DNA of 64,000 nucleotides from sequence record ON287376.1; one strand, written 5' to 3'. The position numbers were made by a program, and so were the translations under genes. Under the pieces are notes generated by a model. That model was given only the letters and a program-made list of their open reading frames with translations. It was not told the origin of the DNA and made no database searches. The first letter of the stretch is position 1, and every line of letters begins with the position of its first letter. Below, one piece after another: positions 26,379 through 34,624 of the stretch.

Positions 26379-28445
26379 ATGAGTAATTACTCCCAACAAA
26401 GTAAGGTTCTGTTAGTTAGCGTAATTAACCAGGACAAAGGTACGTTCATTTCTCCTAATGACGTATACTTCATCGGACCAACCGCTAACGATCACCCCGA
26501 CTACGATACGAAAGTCACCATGGTCGCCTTGGAGGATTCACCTTATCGTGACTCCAAGGTTATCGAGTACAACAAAGTAGAGTTCTCGGGTATCTTCTCC
26601 GTACCGCTCATCTTTACTGCCGCAGGTAATATCCTGACTACGTCTGACTTGATCAAACGTATCAACGAAGAATACGGTACTCAGTTAGATGATACCGACA
26701 TCATCGTTGAACCAGTAACACCAGTGTTGCTGAGCAGTACTGTGGCAATGGTGACGGTTCGTGCTGCGCCTAACGCACTGATCATCAAAGGTCAGTTGAC
26801 GGTTTACTTCTCTGACACCGCATCCATTCGTAAGTGGATTCGTAACGTAAGTACGGAGTATTCCAGTGACGGTAAAACTCTGCGTATCTCTGGCTCTAAC
26901 CGCCGCGTAGATAAAAAGGTTGTCATCGGTAATGCTATCGATTATCTCCCGGCTACGAGCGCCATGGCGCTTTCTCTGGGGGCTGACGGTAAGTTCAACG
27001 AAGTAATGACTTTACCTACTCAGAGTCCGGTGAAGGTTCGCTTCCGTGAAGGTTCCCTGTTAGAAGTTGTGGGTCCGAGCGATGAGACTAGCTACGACCG
27101 TAATGGTAAGTTGCTTCGTATCTCTCCTCAGCTGCCACCGATCTTCGAAACTATCGGGAACCTGGCACAGATCAAAGCAACGTTCGACGATAACGGCCCA
27201 GACTTCAATCCGAACTATTCGATTAAAGTTAAACGGGCACGTTCTGGTGTTGTCTACTACGTTGACTCTGTAAATGGCAATGACCTGAACGGTCAGGGGA
27301 CCGAACAGTCCCCGTACAAGAGCTTCAACGCAGCGATCACTCGTACTCCGCTGGCACGGACTATCGTCATCAAAGACGGTTCTTCGTTCAAGAGCGGAGA
27401 AGGCCCAAGTGCGCCAATCGAAGACCGTTCACTGGATATCGTTACTTCCGGTACGAACAAGGTCACCCTGAGTGGTGCATGTAAGGTAAGCGCGTGGACT
27501 AAGTCGCCAGGTCAAGACAACGTCTACGTTGCAACCCTGACTGATAAAGTGGGCGGTGTTGCTGACTACATCGCAGCCGGTACGTCTGGTCGTGCTACTC
27601 AGTTGACTGCCGTAGCATCTATTGCTGCTGCAGCTACAACCAAAGGTAGTTACTACCCCGAAGAAGGAAAGGTCTACGTCCATACGCTGGATGATCGTGC
27701 ACCGGATAATAAGTTGGTTGTTATCTCAGCCAACCCAGTAATCAGTGTAAAAGGTAACTCACAGGTTTACCTGGAGAACCTGATCATCGTCGATAGCATC
27801 AACGGTGTTGTAGTTGAAGCGACCAGTGTTGACAAAGTTCCTAACTTCTACGCAGTGAACTGTGAGTTTAAAAACTCGGCAGGTCGCGGTTTAAGTGGTT
27901 ACGGTTCGACTGTTCAGACTGAAGGCTGTAAGTTCACGGCGAACGCCAGTAACGCAACCTACTACGATCTGGATCGTCAGTCCCCTGGTCTGGGCATCAA
28001 GTCCCGCTTCAGTGAGTCGAGTAACACCTTTGAGTGGAACGGTACTGTCGATCCATTCACGGGCTCAACAACACTCGCTATCGCCGGTACGGTCGGTACA
28101 CGTTGTAAGAACGTCTACTCCAACTGCTTCGGTCGCCCTATCCTGGATTACGGTACAAATACCGCAACAGCCAACTACTCGTTGACTGTGGGTCAAAGTA
28201 CGATTAACGATGTATTGAACGGTGCGCTGATTACTTCAGGTCACCCAGATACAAGTCGTTACGGTCGTGCGATGACGTTGGTGTTCTCGTCTAAACTGAC
28301 TCAGCGCGATGGTGCATTTACCTTAGCGTCAATCGGTAACGGTAACATCTACCTGTACGATACCCCGGTAGGTAAGATGGGCCAGTATGGATTGAGCGAT
28401 CCGTACAAGTTCATCTACACCTCGAGCCAACGAGCTCAACAGTGA
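26379..28445 (+). CDS. Paralogous virion tail-fibre-like protein with beta-helix domain (688 aa)
   Basis: Same layout: LIKRINEEYGTQLDDTDIIVEP anchor, YYVDSVNGNDLNG..PYKSF, VYVHTLDDRAPD. Confidence 0.65.
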   Translation: MSNYSQQSKVLLVSVINQDKGTFISPNDVYFIGPTANDHPDYDTKVTMVALEDSPYRDSKVIEYNKVEFSGIFSVPLIFTAAGNILTTSDLIKRINEEYGTQLDDTDIIVEPVTPVLLSSTVAMVTVRAAPNALIIKGQLTVYFSDTASIRKWIRNVSTEYSSDGKTLRISGSNRRVDKKVVIGNAIDYLPATSAMALSLGADGKFNEVMTLPTQSPVKVRFREGSLLEVVGPSDETSYDRNGKLLRISPQLPPIFETIGNLAQIKATFDDNGPDFNPNYSIKVKRARSGVVYYVDSVNGNDLNGQGTEQSPYKSFNAAITRTPLARTIVIKDGSSFKSGEGPSAPIEDRSLDIVTSGTNKVTLSGACKVSAWTKSPGQDNVYVATLTDKVGGVADYIAAGTSGRATQLTAVASIAAAATTKGSYYPEEGKVYVHTLDDRAPDNKLVVISANPVISVKGNSQVYLENLIIVDSINGVVVEATSVDKVPNFYAVNCEFKNSAGRGLSGYGSTVQTEGCKFTANASNATYYDLDRQSPGLGIKSRFSESSNTFEWNGTVDPFTGSTTLAIAGTVGTRCKNVYSNCFGRPILDYGTNTATANYSLTVGQSTINDVLNGALITSGHPDTSRYGRAMTLVFSSKLTQRDGAFTLASIGNGNIYLYDTPVGKMGQYGLSDPYKFIYTSSQRAQQ

Positions 28446-28512
28446 TTATATGAGCGTCTGTAACATCGATGCTTCGTAAACGTTTTTGAGTTCTGATGGT
28501 TAATCCATATTG

Positions 28513-28536
28513 GGAGGAGGGCTTCGGCTCTCCTCC
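28513..28536 (+). terminator. Terminator after the 688-aa gene
   Basis: GGAGGAGGGC-TTCG-GCTCTCCTCC plus T7. Confidence 0.85.
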
Positions 28537-28602
28537 TTTTTTTACGCCTCTTTGGAATTATTTGAAGAAGTACTCAAATTAACCCCATTGAAGGAAACAC
28601 CT

Positions 28603-29745
28603 GTGAACGTAGAACTCAAACTGATCGACCCACGTTATAAATCCAGCGAGTGGGCAATCCCTGACTACAAAACCTCCGGTGCTGCAGCAATCGATGTATT
28701 GGCATGTGTCGATACCGAAATCGTTATTAACCCAGGCGAAGTCAAGATGATTCCTCTGGGTATCGCATTCCACCTGAACGACTCCGAAGTAGCAGCAATC
28801 CTGATGCCACGTTCTGGTCTGGGTTCTAAAGAAGGTGTGATCCTGGGTAACACTCTGGGTCTGATCGACTCCGATTTCCAAGGCCAGGTACAGGCTCCTA
28901 TCTGGAACCGTAACTTCGCCGATAAACAAATCCGTATCCAGCCGGGTGATCGCATTGCTCAGCTGATGTTCGTACCGGTAGTTCGCCCTACCTTTAAAGT
29001 AGTGGAAGAGTTCAGTGAAACTACTGAGCGTGGTGAAGGCGGTTTCGGCTCCACTGGAGTAGCAACCAAATCGGTTGAAGAAGTGATCGACGCTATCGTT
29101 GACTTTCACTCCGACGTCCTGGTAAAGAAAGGCCCGTACGCATTGAAAGATGCAATGGCGATGCCGCGTGGTGAGCTGGCTGCTACGTTCAAGTATTTCC
29201 TGATCGAAGGCTGGGTTGGTAAGATCCAGGTAGAGTTCAAAGAGCTGATCGCGAAATACCCTGGTGTAGAAGTCCGTATGGCGTTGAAAGAACTGCCAGG
29301 TGAACATGTACAGGCTATCTACACCCGTCACTACAAAGACGCGGTAGAATCTGCCAAGAAACCTATCTCCCCTGAACACCCACAGGCTGAACAAATCGGT
29401 AAACTGGGTTCGTACACCAATCAGGCAGTTGATCCAGCAACCATGAGTAAGGAGGAGCTGATTGACGCGATCGTTGTCAAGCACACCGTGGATCTGTACG
29501 ACACCAAAAAGGATGCCGTTGTCAAGAGTGACCTGGGTGGCTACGAAGAACTGAAACGCATTCTGGATAACACTATCCGCCAGCGTTCGATGATTTACGC
29601 CATTGCCCATTTCAAAGAGATCGTCCGTGGCTATACCGGCAACGCTGTGGAGATGTTCCTGAACACGATGGATGAACGCACCATCTACAACATCTACATT
29701 CGCCACTACGGTAAGAAACCGCTTTCTGCGACATTCGGTAGTTAA
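28603..29745 (+). CDS. dut: Trimeric dUTPase fused to a tandemly duplicated C-terminal domain (380 aa from GTG 28603)
   Basis: dUTPase motifs SGAAAIDV, PRSGLG, GLIDSDFQG, GDRIAQL, RGEGGFGSTG; AAGGA SD before GTG 28603. Confidence 0.92.
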   Translation: MNVELKLIDPRYKSSEWAIPDYKTSGAAAIDVLACVDTEIVINPGEVKMIPLGIAFHLNDSEVAAILMPRSGLGSKEGVILGNTLGLIDSDFQGQVQAPIWNRNFADKQIRIQPGDRIAQLMFVPVVRPTFKVVEEFSETTERGEGGFGSTGVATKSVEEVIDAIVDFHSDVLVKKGPYALKDAMAMPRGELAATFKYFLIEGWVGKIQVEFKELIAKYPGVEVRMALKELPGEHVQAIYTRHYKDAVESAKKPISPEHPQAEQIGKLGSYTNQAVDPATMSKEELIDAIVVKHTVDLYDTKKDAVVKSDLGGYEELKRILDNTIRQRSMIYAIAHFKEIVRGYTGNAVEMFLNTMDERTIYNIYIRHYGKKPLSATFGS

Positions 29746-29751
29746 TAAGCG

Positions 29752-29757
29752 TCATAG
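29752..29757 (-). promoter_or_regulatory. Antisense CTATGA between dut stop and hairpin
   Basis: TCATAG just before the stem. Confidence 0.45.
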
Positions 29758-29758
29758 C

Positions 29759-29782
29759 GGTGAGAGGGTAATTCCTCTCACC
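29759..29782 (+). terminator. Terminator after dut
   Basis: GGTGAGAGG-GTAATT-CCTCTCACC. Confidence 0.85.
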
Positions 29783-29807
29783 TTATTTTACATCGGAAGG
29801 TATTACA

Positions 29808-30377
29808 ATGTCCCACGCTAAGTTCTTTTTAGTCAAGCCATACGGTATAGGTTACGTAGTGACTAACGCTATGGGCTCCATTATGACAATTAACGACTTG
29901 CCTCTTTGTAGATCGTTAAATGGAAAGTTTGTTGACTCAGCGGGTTGTCCGGACTTTGTTGTACATCGCTTAATTGCAGGGGCTAGGGAAGCTGCTGAGC
30001 TCTTGGAAGAGACATCGATTAACGCGATGCTTATGGAGATGGATGAAGAAGACGAAAAAAGAAAAGAGAAAGAGAAGAAGGCCTTACTTAATGATAAGAA
30101 GTACGCTACGTTCTACGCTATCTTGGCGTTGATATTCGCAGCACTTTATTTTACTTCGCCAACCACCGATGGAGCCCCAAAATGGCAGACATTATTCTCG
30201 ACCCCAACCAAGACGGAATCACCCACATCAACATCTACTCCAAGTCCAGATGTATGCTCGGGAAGTTCCTGTCCCATTTCAGCAGAACCCCTTTCGAACA
30301 CCCTACTCTGGGACGGTTCGAATCCATGGAAGCACTTTGGTATTTTGCAAAGACGGGATACCAGCACGAAGAACTAA
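29808..30377 (+). CDS. Single-TM hypothetical protein; 3' end overlaps the next gene by 196 nt
   Basis: GAAGG SD; TM segment FYAILALIFAALYF; S/T/P-rich tail lies in the overlap. Confidence 0.6.
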   Translation: MSHAKFFLVKPYGIGYVVTNAMGSIMTINDLPLCRSLNGKFVDSAGCPDFVVHRLIAGAREAAELLEETSINAMLMEMDEEDEKRKEKEKKALLNDKKYATFYAILALIFAALYFTSPTTDGAPKWQTLFSTPTKTESPTSTSTPSPDVCSGSSCPISAEPLSNTLLWDGSNPWKHFGILQRRDTSTKN

Positions 30378-30682
30378 GAGGACTTTGGGGCTACGAAGCC
30401 AAACGACAAGGTCAGCAGTTCGCCACTGTTCATGATGACAATTTCCTCAAGGTCATTCATGAGGGCAACCGGGCTAAGATTGAAGCCTACCCTAGGCAGC
30501 TCGAAGCATTCAAAAAGAATAAGCTCCCGTTTACGCACTATTACGTATTTGGTAAAGCAACATGGGATAACGGTGTACCCACATGGATTGGTGAGTATAA
30601 AGTTCAGGATGCTTCTAATGGCTCAGCCCTAGTCTGTTTCTGGGAAACACTCAAGACAGAGTACGATTTCGAATCTATTTGA
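30182..30682 (+). CDS. NADAR-superfamily (T4 gp30.3-like) protein
   Basis: INIYS..LSHFSRTPF..FESMEALW..K..GLWGYEAKRQG aligns by eye with recalled gp30.3 (LSNFAQWPF..FGGLEGFL..K..GLSGLAAQQAG); GGAG SD. Confidence 0.55.
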   Translation: MADIILDPNQDGITHINIYSKSRCMLGKFLSHFSRTPFEHPTLGRFESMEALWYFAKTGYQHEELRGLWGYEAKRQGQQFATVHDDNFLKVIHEGNRAKIEAYPRQLEAFKKNKLPFTHYYVFGKATWDNGVPTWIGEYKVQDASNGSALVCFWETLKTEYDFESI

Positions 30683-30685
30683 CAG

Positions 30686-30703
30686 CTATATTACTTATTT
30701 GAA
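30686..30703 (+). promoter_or_regulatory. Putative phiKZ-type early promoter
   Basis: CTATATTAC-TTATTT-GAA; TATATTAC is the phiKZ early consensus. Confidence 0.7.
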
Positions 30704-30745
30704 TAGGATACAAATCCTAATTAACCACTTTTAAGGAATCGATAG

Positions 30746-31150
30746 ATGAAATTAATGAAAAGTAGCTTCTCTGGTTTAGTGGCTCAAGCTCGTGCCGAAT
30801 TCAATTGTCTGAATGACAACAAAGATCGAGAAGACTACCTTCATTTATTAGAAGGAAAGCTGTCTCGCTTTACCTGGTCTCATTTCGGCGAAAAGGAATT
30901 CACTAACCCAAAAAATAAAATCCGTGCTCGCCGTATTGCGTATCTGTCCAAAGTCTTCCTGTACGAGTTGGTTTTACTCGCCATTAAGAAAGATCCGAAC
31001 AGAATCGCATTGGTCACTTATAGTCGCCATATTCGTCGTGATGCTAACGCCGCCTGGGTACGTTACGAAGCCGCCATTAACACTAACCAAGGCAGTTGGT
31101 GGCAGCAGATTAAATTCTACTTCGATGCCCGTAAATTCAACAGCCTTTAA
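30746..31150 (+). CDS. Hypothetical protein (134 aa)
   Basis: AAGGA SD; first gene after early-promoter motif 30686. Confidence 0.7.
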   Translation: MKLMKSSFSGLVAQARAEFNCLNDNKDREDYLHLLEGKLSRFTWSHFGEKEFTNPKNKIRARRIAYLSKVFLYELVLLAIKKDPNRIALVTYSRHIRRDANAAWVRYEAAINTNQGSWWQQIKFYFDARKFNSL

Positions 31151-31165
31151 TTAGAAGGAACCGTC

Positions 31166-31651
31166 ATGATCTGTGTTAACCAATATGTCTTCAACGCTTA
31201 TTACTCTTACCTGTCAGAAAACGGCGATGGCCGTGTTCACATGTTCGTTATGAAAGAGGGGATCAATAACCCTCGTTTGTTACCGTATGTCAATAAAGAC
31301 TACCTGGTACTGAACATCTCCGGCCGTGCTTGCCCCGAGATGCGCGTGGAAGCTACCGGGATCAATTTCAAGGCCAGCTTCGGCGGTGTTCCTCTGACCG
31401 ACTTCCTTAGTTGGAATCATATCGCATTCATGGCTGCGCCGAATAACCCGGAGCTAGGTATTCTCCCGTTACCTCACCCGGTTCAATGGGTTGATAACGA
31501 ACCCGCTACCGAGTTGGGCGAGTTGGCTAAAAGCGAAACTGTGCCGACATCCGAGCTCAGTAAGATCAATAACTATGTCCCTATGGGGCGTAGTATCGAG
31601 CGCAAAGAGCGTCCAAATCCATTCTCTGTTATTAAAGGCGGAAAGGAATGA
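31166..31651 (+). CDS. sspB: SspB-like ClpXP adaptor
   Basis: YVFNAYYSYLSEN, LVLNISGRA, FKASFGGVP match E. coli SspB YLLRAFYEWLLDN, IVLNIAPRA, FNARFGGIP; C-terminal FSVIK resembles the LRVVK ClpX-binding tail. Confidence 0.8.
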   Translation: MICVNQYVFNAYYSYLSENGDGRVHMFVMKEGINNPRLLPYVNKDYLVLNISGRACPEMRVEATGINFKASFGGVPLTDFLSWNHIAFMAAPNNPELGILPLPHPVQWVDNEPATELGELAKSETVPTSELSKINNYVPMGRSIERKERPNPFSVIKGGKE

Positions 31652-32121
31652 CCCAGTTAGGTTGGTACCCGGATAATTTCGGCGAGCTTCCTTTGGAAGA
31701 AGCACTTCAGTATTCTGTCGACCTCGGTAAACGGGCCTTGGACGATAAGGAAAAAGGCAACCTGAGCAAAGGGCTCTGCAAGCTAGCCCATCTTCCGGAA
31801 GTCTGCATCAAGCGTTGGGACCACGGCCCCATTGTACAACGTCGTATTGTCTGTGCAGCTAATCGTTATACTGATCAACACGGTAAAGAGTACATCATTG
31901 CCGGTGCCCGGCATACGCAGATATTGATGCGAGAAATGGTCAAGACTTTAGGGGAACTCGGATTGCATCTGGAGCATAAGCGTATGGACGACCAAGGTTT
32001 CATCGACCAGTTCGAAGAATATCATACTCGAAAAGATGCATTGATCATTGCCGTACATGCTGGTCAAATGCGTGAGCCAGTTTTCTCCAGAGGCGAGCTG
32101 TTCTCCGAAAACCTTTACTAA
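31648..32121 (+). CDS. Conserved phage hypothetical protein (IVCAA..DQGFIDQ..LFSENLY type)
   Basis: Motif pattern recurrent in phage hypotheticals; coupled to the sspB stop. Confidence 0.7.
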   Translation: MTQLGWYPDNFGELPLEEALQYSVDLGKRALDDKEKGNLSKGLCKLAHLPEVCIKRWDHGPIVQRRIVCAANRYTDQHGKEYIIAGARHTQILMREMVKTLGELGLHLEHKRMDDQGFIDQFEEYHTRKDALIIAVHAGQMREPVFSRGELFSENLY

Positions 32122-32136
32122 TAAGGATAAACACTT

Positions 32137-32604
32137 ATGGCCAGTTTCGAAGTAAATGGCGAGGGAAATCACTTTAGTTTCGGTGACTCAGTTCTAGGAC
32201 AATCTCTCGCCAGCACTTTGGGAGTCTTCGTGTTCCCCTGTGCGGAACTTAAGAACTTATCGTACGCGATCGGCGGAACCCCGGACATTATCCTTAACGA
32301 CTACACGGATAAGTCCCGTAAAGCCAAAATGGTTTACAAGGTTCCTGTCGACCCTTGGTACATCGACCGCCGAGTAAAACATCTTCGTCAGGATTATTTC
32401 AACGGCCTGGCAATCCCGCTTAAAATTGCCAGTAATAAGAGCGACACCATTAAAGAAATGCGTGTCGTTCTGGAAGATAACGGCGGTAATCGCTACCCGA
32501 TCATTGCGCTACAAATTCGTTTCGACGAACATGGCGTATGGCATACCTTGAATAACTCAGAAGGTATTTCGGGTATTGTCAAGTTCGTTAAATCTCTCAA
32601 CTAA
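32137..32604 (+). CDS. Hypothetical protein (155 aa)
   Basis: AAGGA SD, operon context. Confidence 0.7.
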   Translation: MASFEVNGEGNHFSFGDSVLGQSLASTLGVFVFPCAELKNLSYAIGGTPDIILNDYTDKSRKAKMVYKVPVDPWYIDRRVKHLRQDYFNGLAIPLKIASNKSDTIKEMRVVLEDNGGNRYPIIALQIRFDEHGVWHTLNNSEGISGIVKFVKSLN

Positions 32605-32619
32605 CCCAGGAGGTTCCAA

Positions 32620-32751
32620 ATGGGGCCACTATTGGAATTAGTTTCAAAAATTGTATTCTTCTCAATTCTCGCCAATATGGTAATCGGCGGGGTACAAAAG
32701 ATTTCGTCTAAGGAAAAGAAAGATGGAAAAGTTTCTGATATCGATGGGTAA
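32620..32751 (+). CDS. Small hydrophobic peptide (43 aa, not in ORF track)
   Basis: AGGAGG SD; MGPLLELVSKIVFFSILANMVIGG..; fills the gap. Confidence 0.55.
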   Translation: MGPLLELVSKIVFFSILANMVIGGVQKISSKEKKDGKVSDIDG

Positions 32752-32872
32752 GGCCGTCGTCATTAAAGTCGCAAGTACGTTGGCCATTCGCGGCACTCAC
32801 TACGTTGTTAACTGGGCATCTAAACGTAAGGTGAAGAAGAATGAGCAAAGTACTCCTGAACTCGAGTCGTGA
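32723..32872 (+). CDS. Small peptide (49 aa, not in ORF track)
   Basis: MEKFLISMGKAVVIK..; overlaps both neighbours in operon fashion. Confidence 0.4.
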   Translation: MEKFLISMGKAVVIKVASTLAIRGTHYVVNWASKRKVKKNEQSTPELES

Positions 32873-33191
32873 GTTACACGTAGATACGGTGCAGGCGTTG
32901 TTCATGGCAATCGTTATGCCGCTCCTGTTTCCGTTCTACGTTGTTTTAACGGGCAACTTCTGGTTTGCCCTAGGGTTCTTCCTCGTGGCCGCTGTGTTCA
33001 CGCAGGGAATCGATTATTGGGAGTTACGAAGAGCTATCCGCCGCAAACATCTGTTTAGTCCATGGTGGATTCTGGCAATCTTCTTCTACTACCTCGTCCG
33101 GGATAAGTCTGGTTTCCCGAACTTCAAGTTATTCTACATCAACGGTTTCATGGTAGCGATCTCTTTGTTCTTGGTCGCATTTATCATCTAA
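32841..33191 (+). CDS. Membrane protein (116 aa)
   Basis: Multiple hydrophobic helices. Confidence 0.65.
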   Translation: MSKVLLNSSRELHVDTVQALFMAIVMPLLFPFYVVLTGNFWFALGFFLVAAVFTQGIDYWELRRAIRRKHLFSPWWILAIFFYYLVRDKSGFPNFKLFYINGFMVAISLFLVAFII

Positions 33192-33220
33192 CCAATCTTT
33201 CTGAATTAAGAGGCTTTTAA

Positions 33221-33544
33221 ATGAAAGGTGTAAAACTGATCCCTGTTCCGAAGGGCTTCAAAGGTCTGAAAACTGGTGATCGCTTTATCCTCTCCGTAGA
33301 GAACAATGGCGAATACCGCGCTTTCTTTACCGACTCTACTCGCAAAGAGTCTGACCTGGATCTGTTGGCTATTGCCGACAACAAAACGCACGACCCGTTC
33401 AACCGGAAAGGCGTTAAGTTCTCGGCGCATGAAGTCCATGCTAAAACGCAGGACAGCATCACAATCCGTCCGGTATTGATCGGTAGCGCTGAGCCTGTTA
33501 CTCAGTCTTACAAGCTCTCTCCGAAAAACCTGCTGTCAGCCTAA
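33221..33544 (+). CDS. Hypothetical protein (107 aa)
   Basis: GAGG SD, phage-like codon usage. Confidence 0.7.
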   Translation: MKGVKLIPVPKGFKGLKTGDRFILSVENNGEYRAFFTDSTRKESDLDLLAIADNKTHDPFNRKGVKFSAHEVHAKTQDSITIRPVLIGSAEPVTQSYKLSPKNLLSA

Positions 33545-33557
33545 TTGGAGCTACACG

Positions 33558-33947
33558 ATGGCCGTTAAGAAAATCAAACACACCTGCGAGCTCGGTAACT
33601 TCGCCGATCTTGGTGCAGTGGCGTTCAGAACTTACCTGGATATCCTTAAGGCGTTGAATCGCAATAAGGGTGATACCATCCTGGTTTCCAGTGAAAAGAT
33701 CTTCATCGAAGTTAAGGCCTTCATTAGCTCCACTATGGGTGGTGAAGAAATGCTGAAGCGTCTGACTCACATCGCGATTGGAACGGCTCCTAGCGCCTTA
33801 GACAATCGTTTCCGTGGCATTAGTGGTAGTAACATGTACGTTGTCATGGAACAGAAGCGTTTCGCTACTTTCCATCCGGTAATTTGGAAATACGCTGATT
33901 TGCCGAAAATCAATAGCCACATTTCAATTTACCGTATCCAGGAGTAA
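33558..33947 (+). CDS. Hypothetical protein (129 aa)
   Basis: GGAG SD. Confidence 0.7.
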   Translation: MAVKKIKHTCELGNFADLGAVAFRTYLDILKALNRNKGDTILVSSEKIFIEVKAFISSTMGGEEMLKRLTHIAIGTAPSALDNRFRGISGSNMYVVMEQKRFATFHPVIWKYADLPKINSHISIYRIQE

Positions 33948-33951
33948 TCCG

Positions 33952-34191
33952 ATGGGTCTGAAAGTTATTACCAAGGAAGAAGAGGAACAACGTATCCTCG
34001 AAACCGCTCATGAACTCATTGACGGCACTAGTGAGTGGATCAACTACCTTGACGGCGACAGCACGCAAGTTCAGTTGGACGGGTATTTCAATCTGGAAGA
34101 ACTGGAAGCTATCTGTGCTGTCAAACGTAAAGCGCTGGGTGCAGAAGCTACTGGTCTGAAGGAAGCAGTTGATCTCAAGTACAATTCGTAA
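33952..34191 (+). CDS. Hypothetical protein (79 aa)
   Basis: AGGAG SD; ends before a terminator. Confidence 0.7.
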   Translation: MGLKVITKEEEEQRILETAHELIDGTSEWINYLDGDSTQVQLDGYFNLEELEAICAVKRKALGAEATGLKEAVDLKYNS

Positions 34192-34197
34192 ACACAG

Positions 34198-34221
34198 GCG
34201 AGAGGGTTAATTCCCTCTCGC
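34198..34221 (+). terminator. Terminator
   Basis: GCGAGAGGG-TTAATT-CCCTCTCGC. Confidence 0.85.
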
Positions 34222-34273
34222 TTATTTTACGCTCTAGTGATTTCTTTTTGATTAAAGTAAGGGGAGCTGAAGA

Positions 34274-34624
34274 ATGAAAACTACTGATGTAACTAAGATT
34301 GAAGATGGACTGATGTCTGTAAAGGAAGGGGATCGTATCCTGCTCGCTATGGATAACAAAGAAGAAGACCAAGAGAATTGGTTGTTCGTCTACAATCCAG
34401 GCTCAGGCTGCACTAGTAATCGCGAAGTCTACGCAGCTGCAATTGCATTCAACGACAAAATAAAACCATTGGAGCCTACTTCCATTGTCGTTCCCGTTTA
34501 TATCTCCTGGGCTGATGAAAGCTACGTCCAGGGGATGCTCATTAGTCACGACGGTTCTATCGTTGCACCTATTCGTTTCCATCGCAGCGTAGATCGCGTC
34601 CTCATTGATCGGAGTACCCAGTAA
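34274..34624 (+). CDS. Hypothetical protein (116 aa)
   Basis: GGGGAG SD. Confidence 0.65.
   Translation: MKTTDVTKIEDGLMSVKEGDRILLAMDNKEEDQENWLFVYNPGSGCTSNREVYAAAIAFNDKIKPLEPTSIVVPVYISWADESYVQGMLISHDGSIVAPIRFHRSVDRVLIDRSTQ

Noticed and set aside
28579-29706. 375-aa minus-strand ORF antisense to dut, starting just past the antisense TATG
   Set aside because: Mirror-frame shadow of a codon-biased gene, with no SD and no recognisable motif. It deserves a recheck only if the antisense transcript proves real.
30315-30325. GGTTCGAATCC, a tRNA T-loop consensus
   Set aside because: T-stem does not pair, there is no cloverleaf upstream, and it lies in a doubly coding region
29808-30682. Overlapping pair as Rz/Rz1 spanins
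   Set aside because: No lipobox, the TM is central, and the overlapped gene looks cytoplasmic (NADAR-like)
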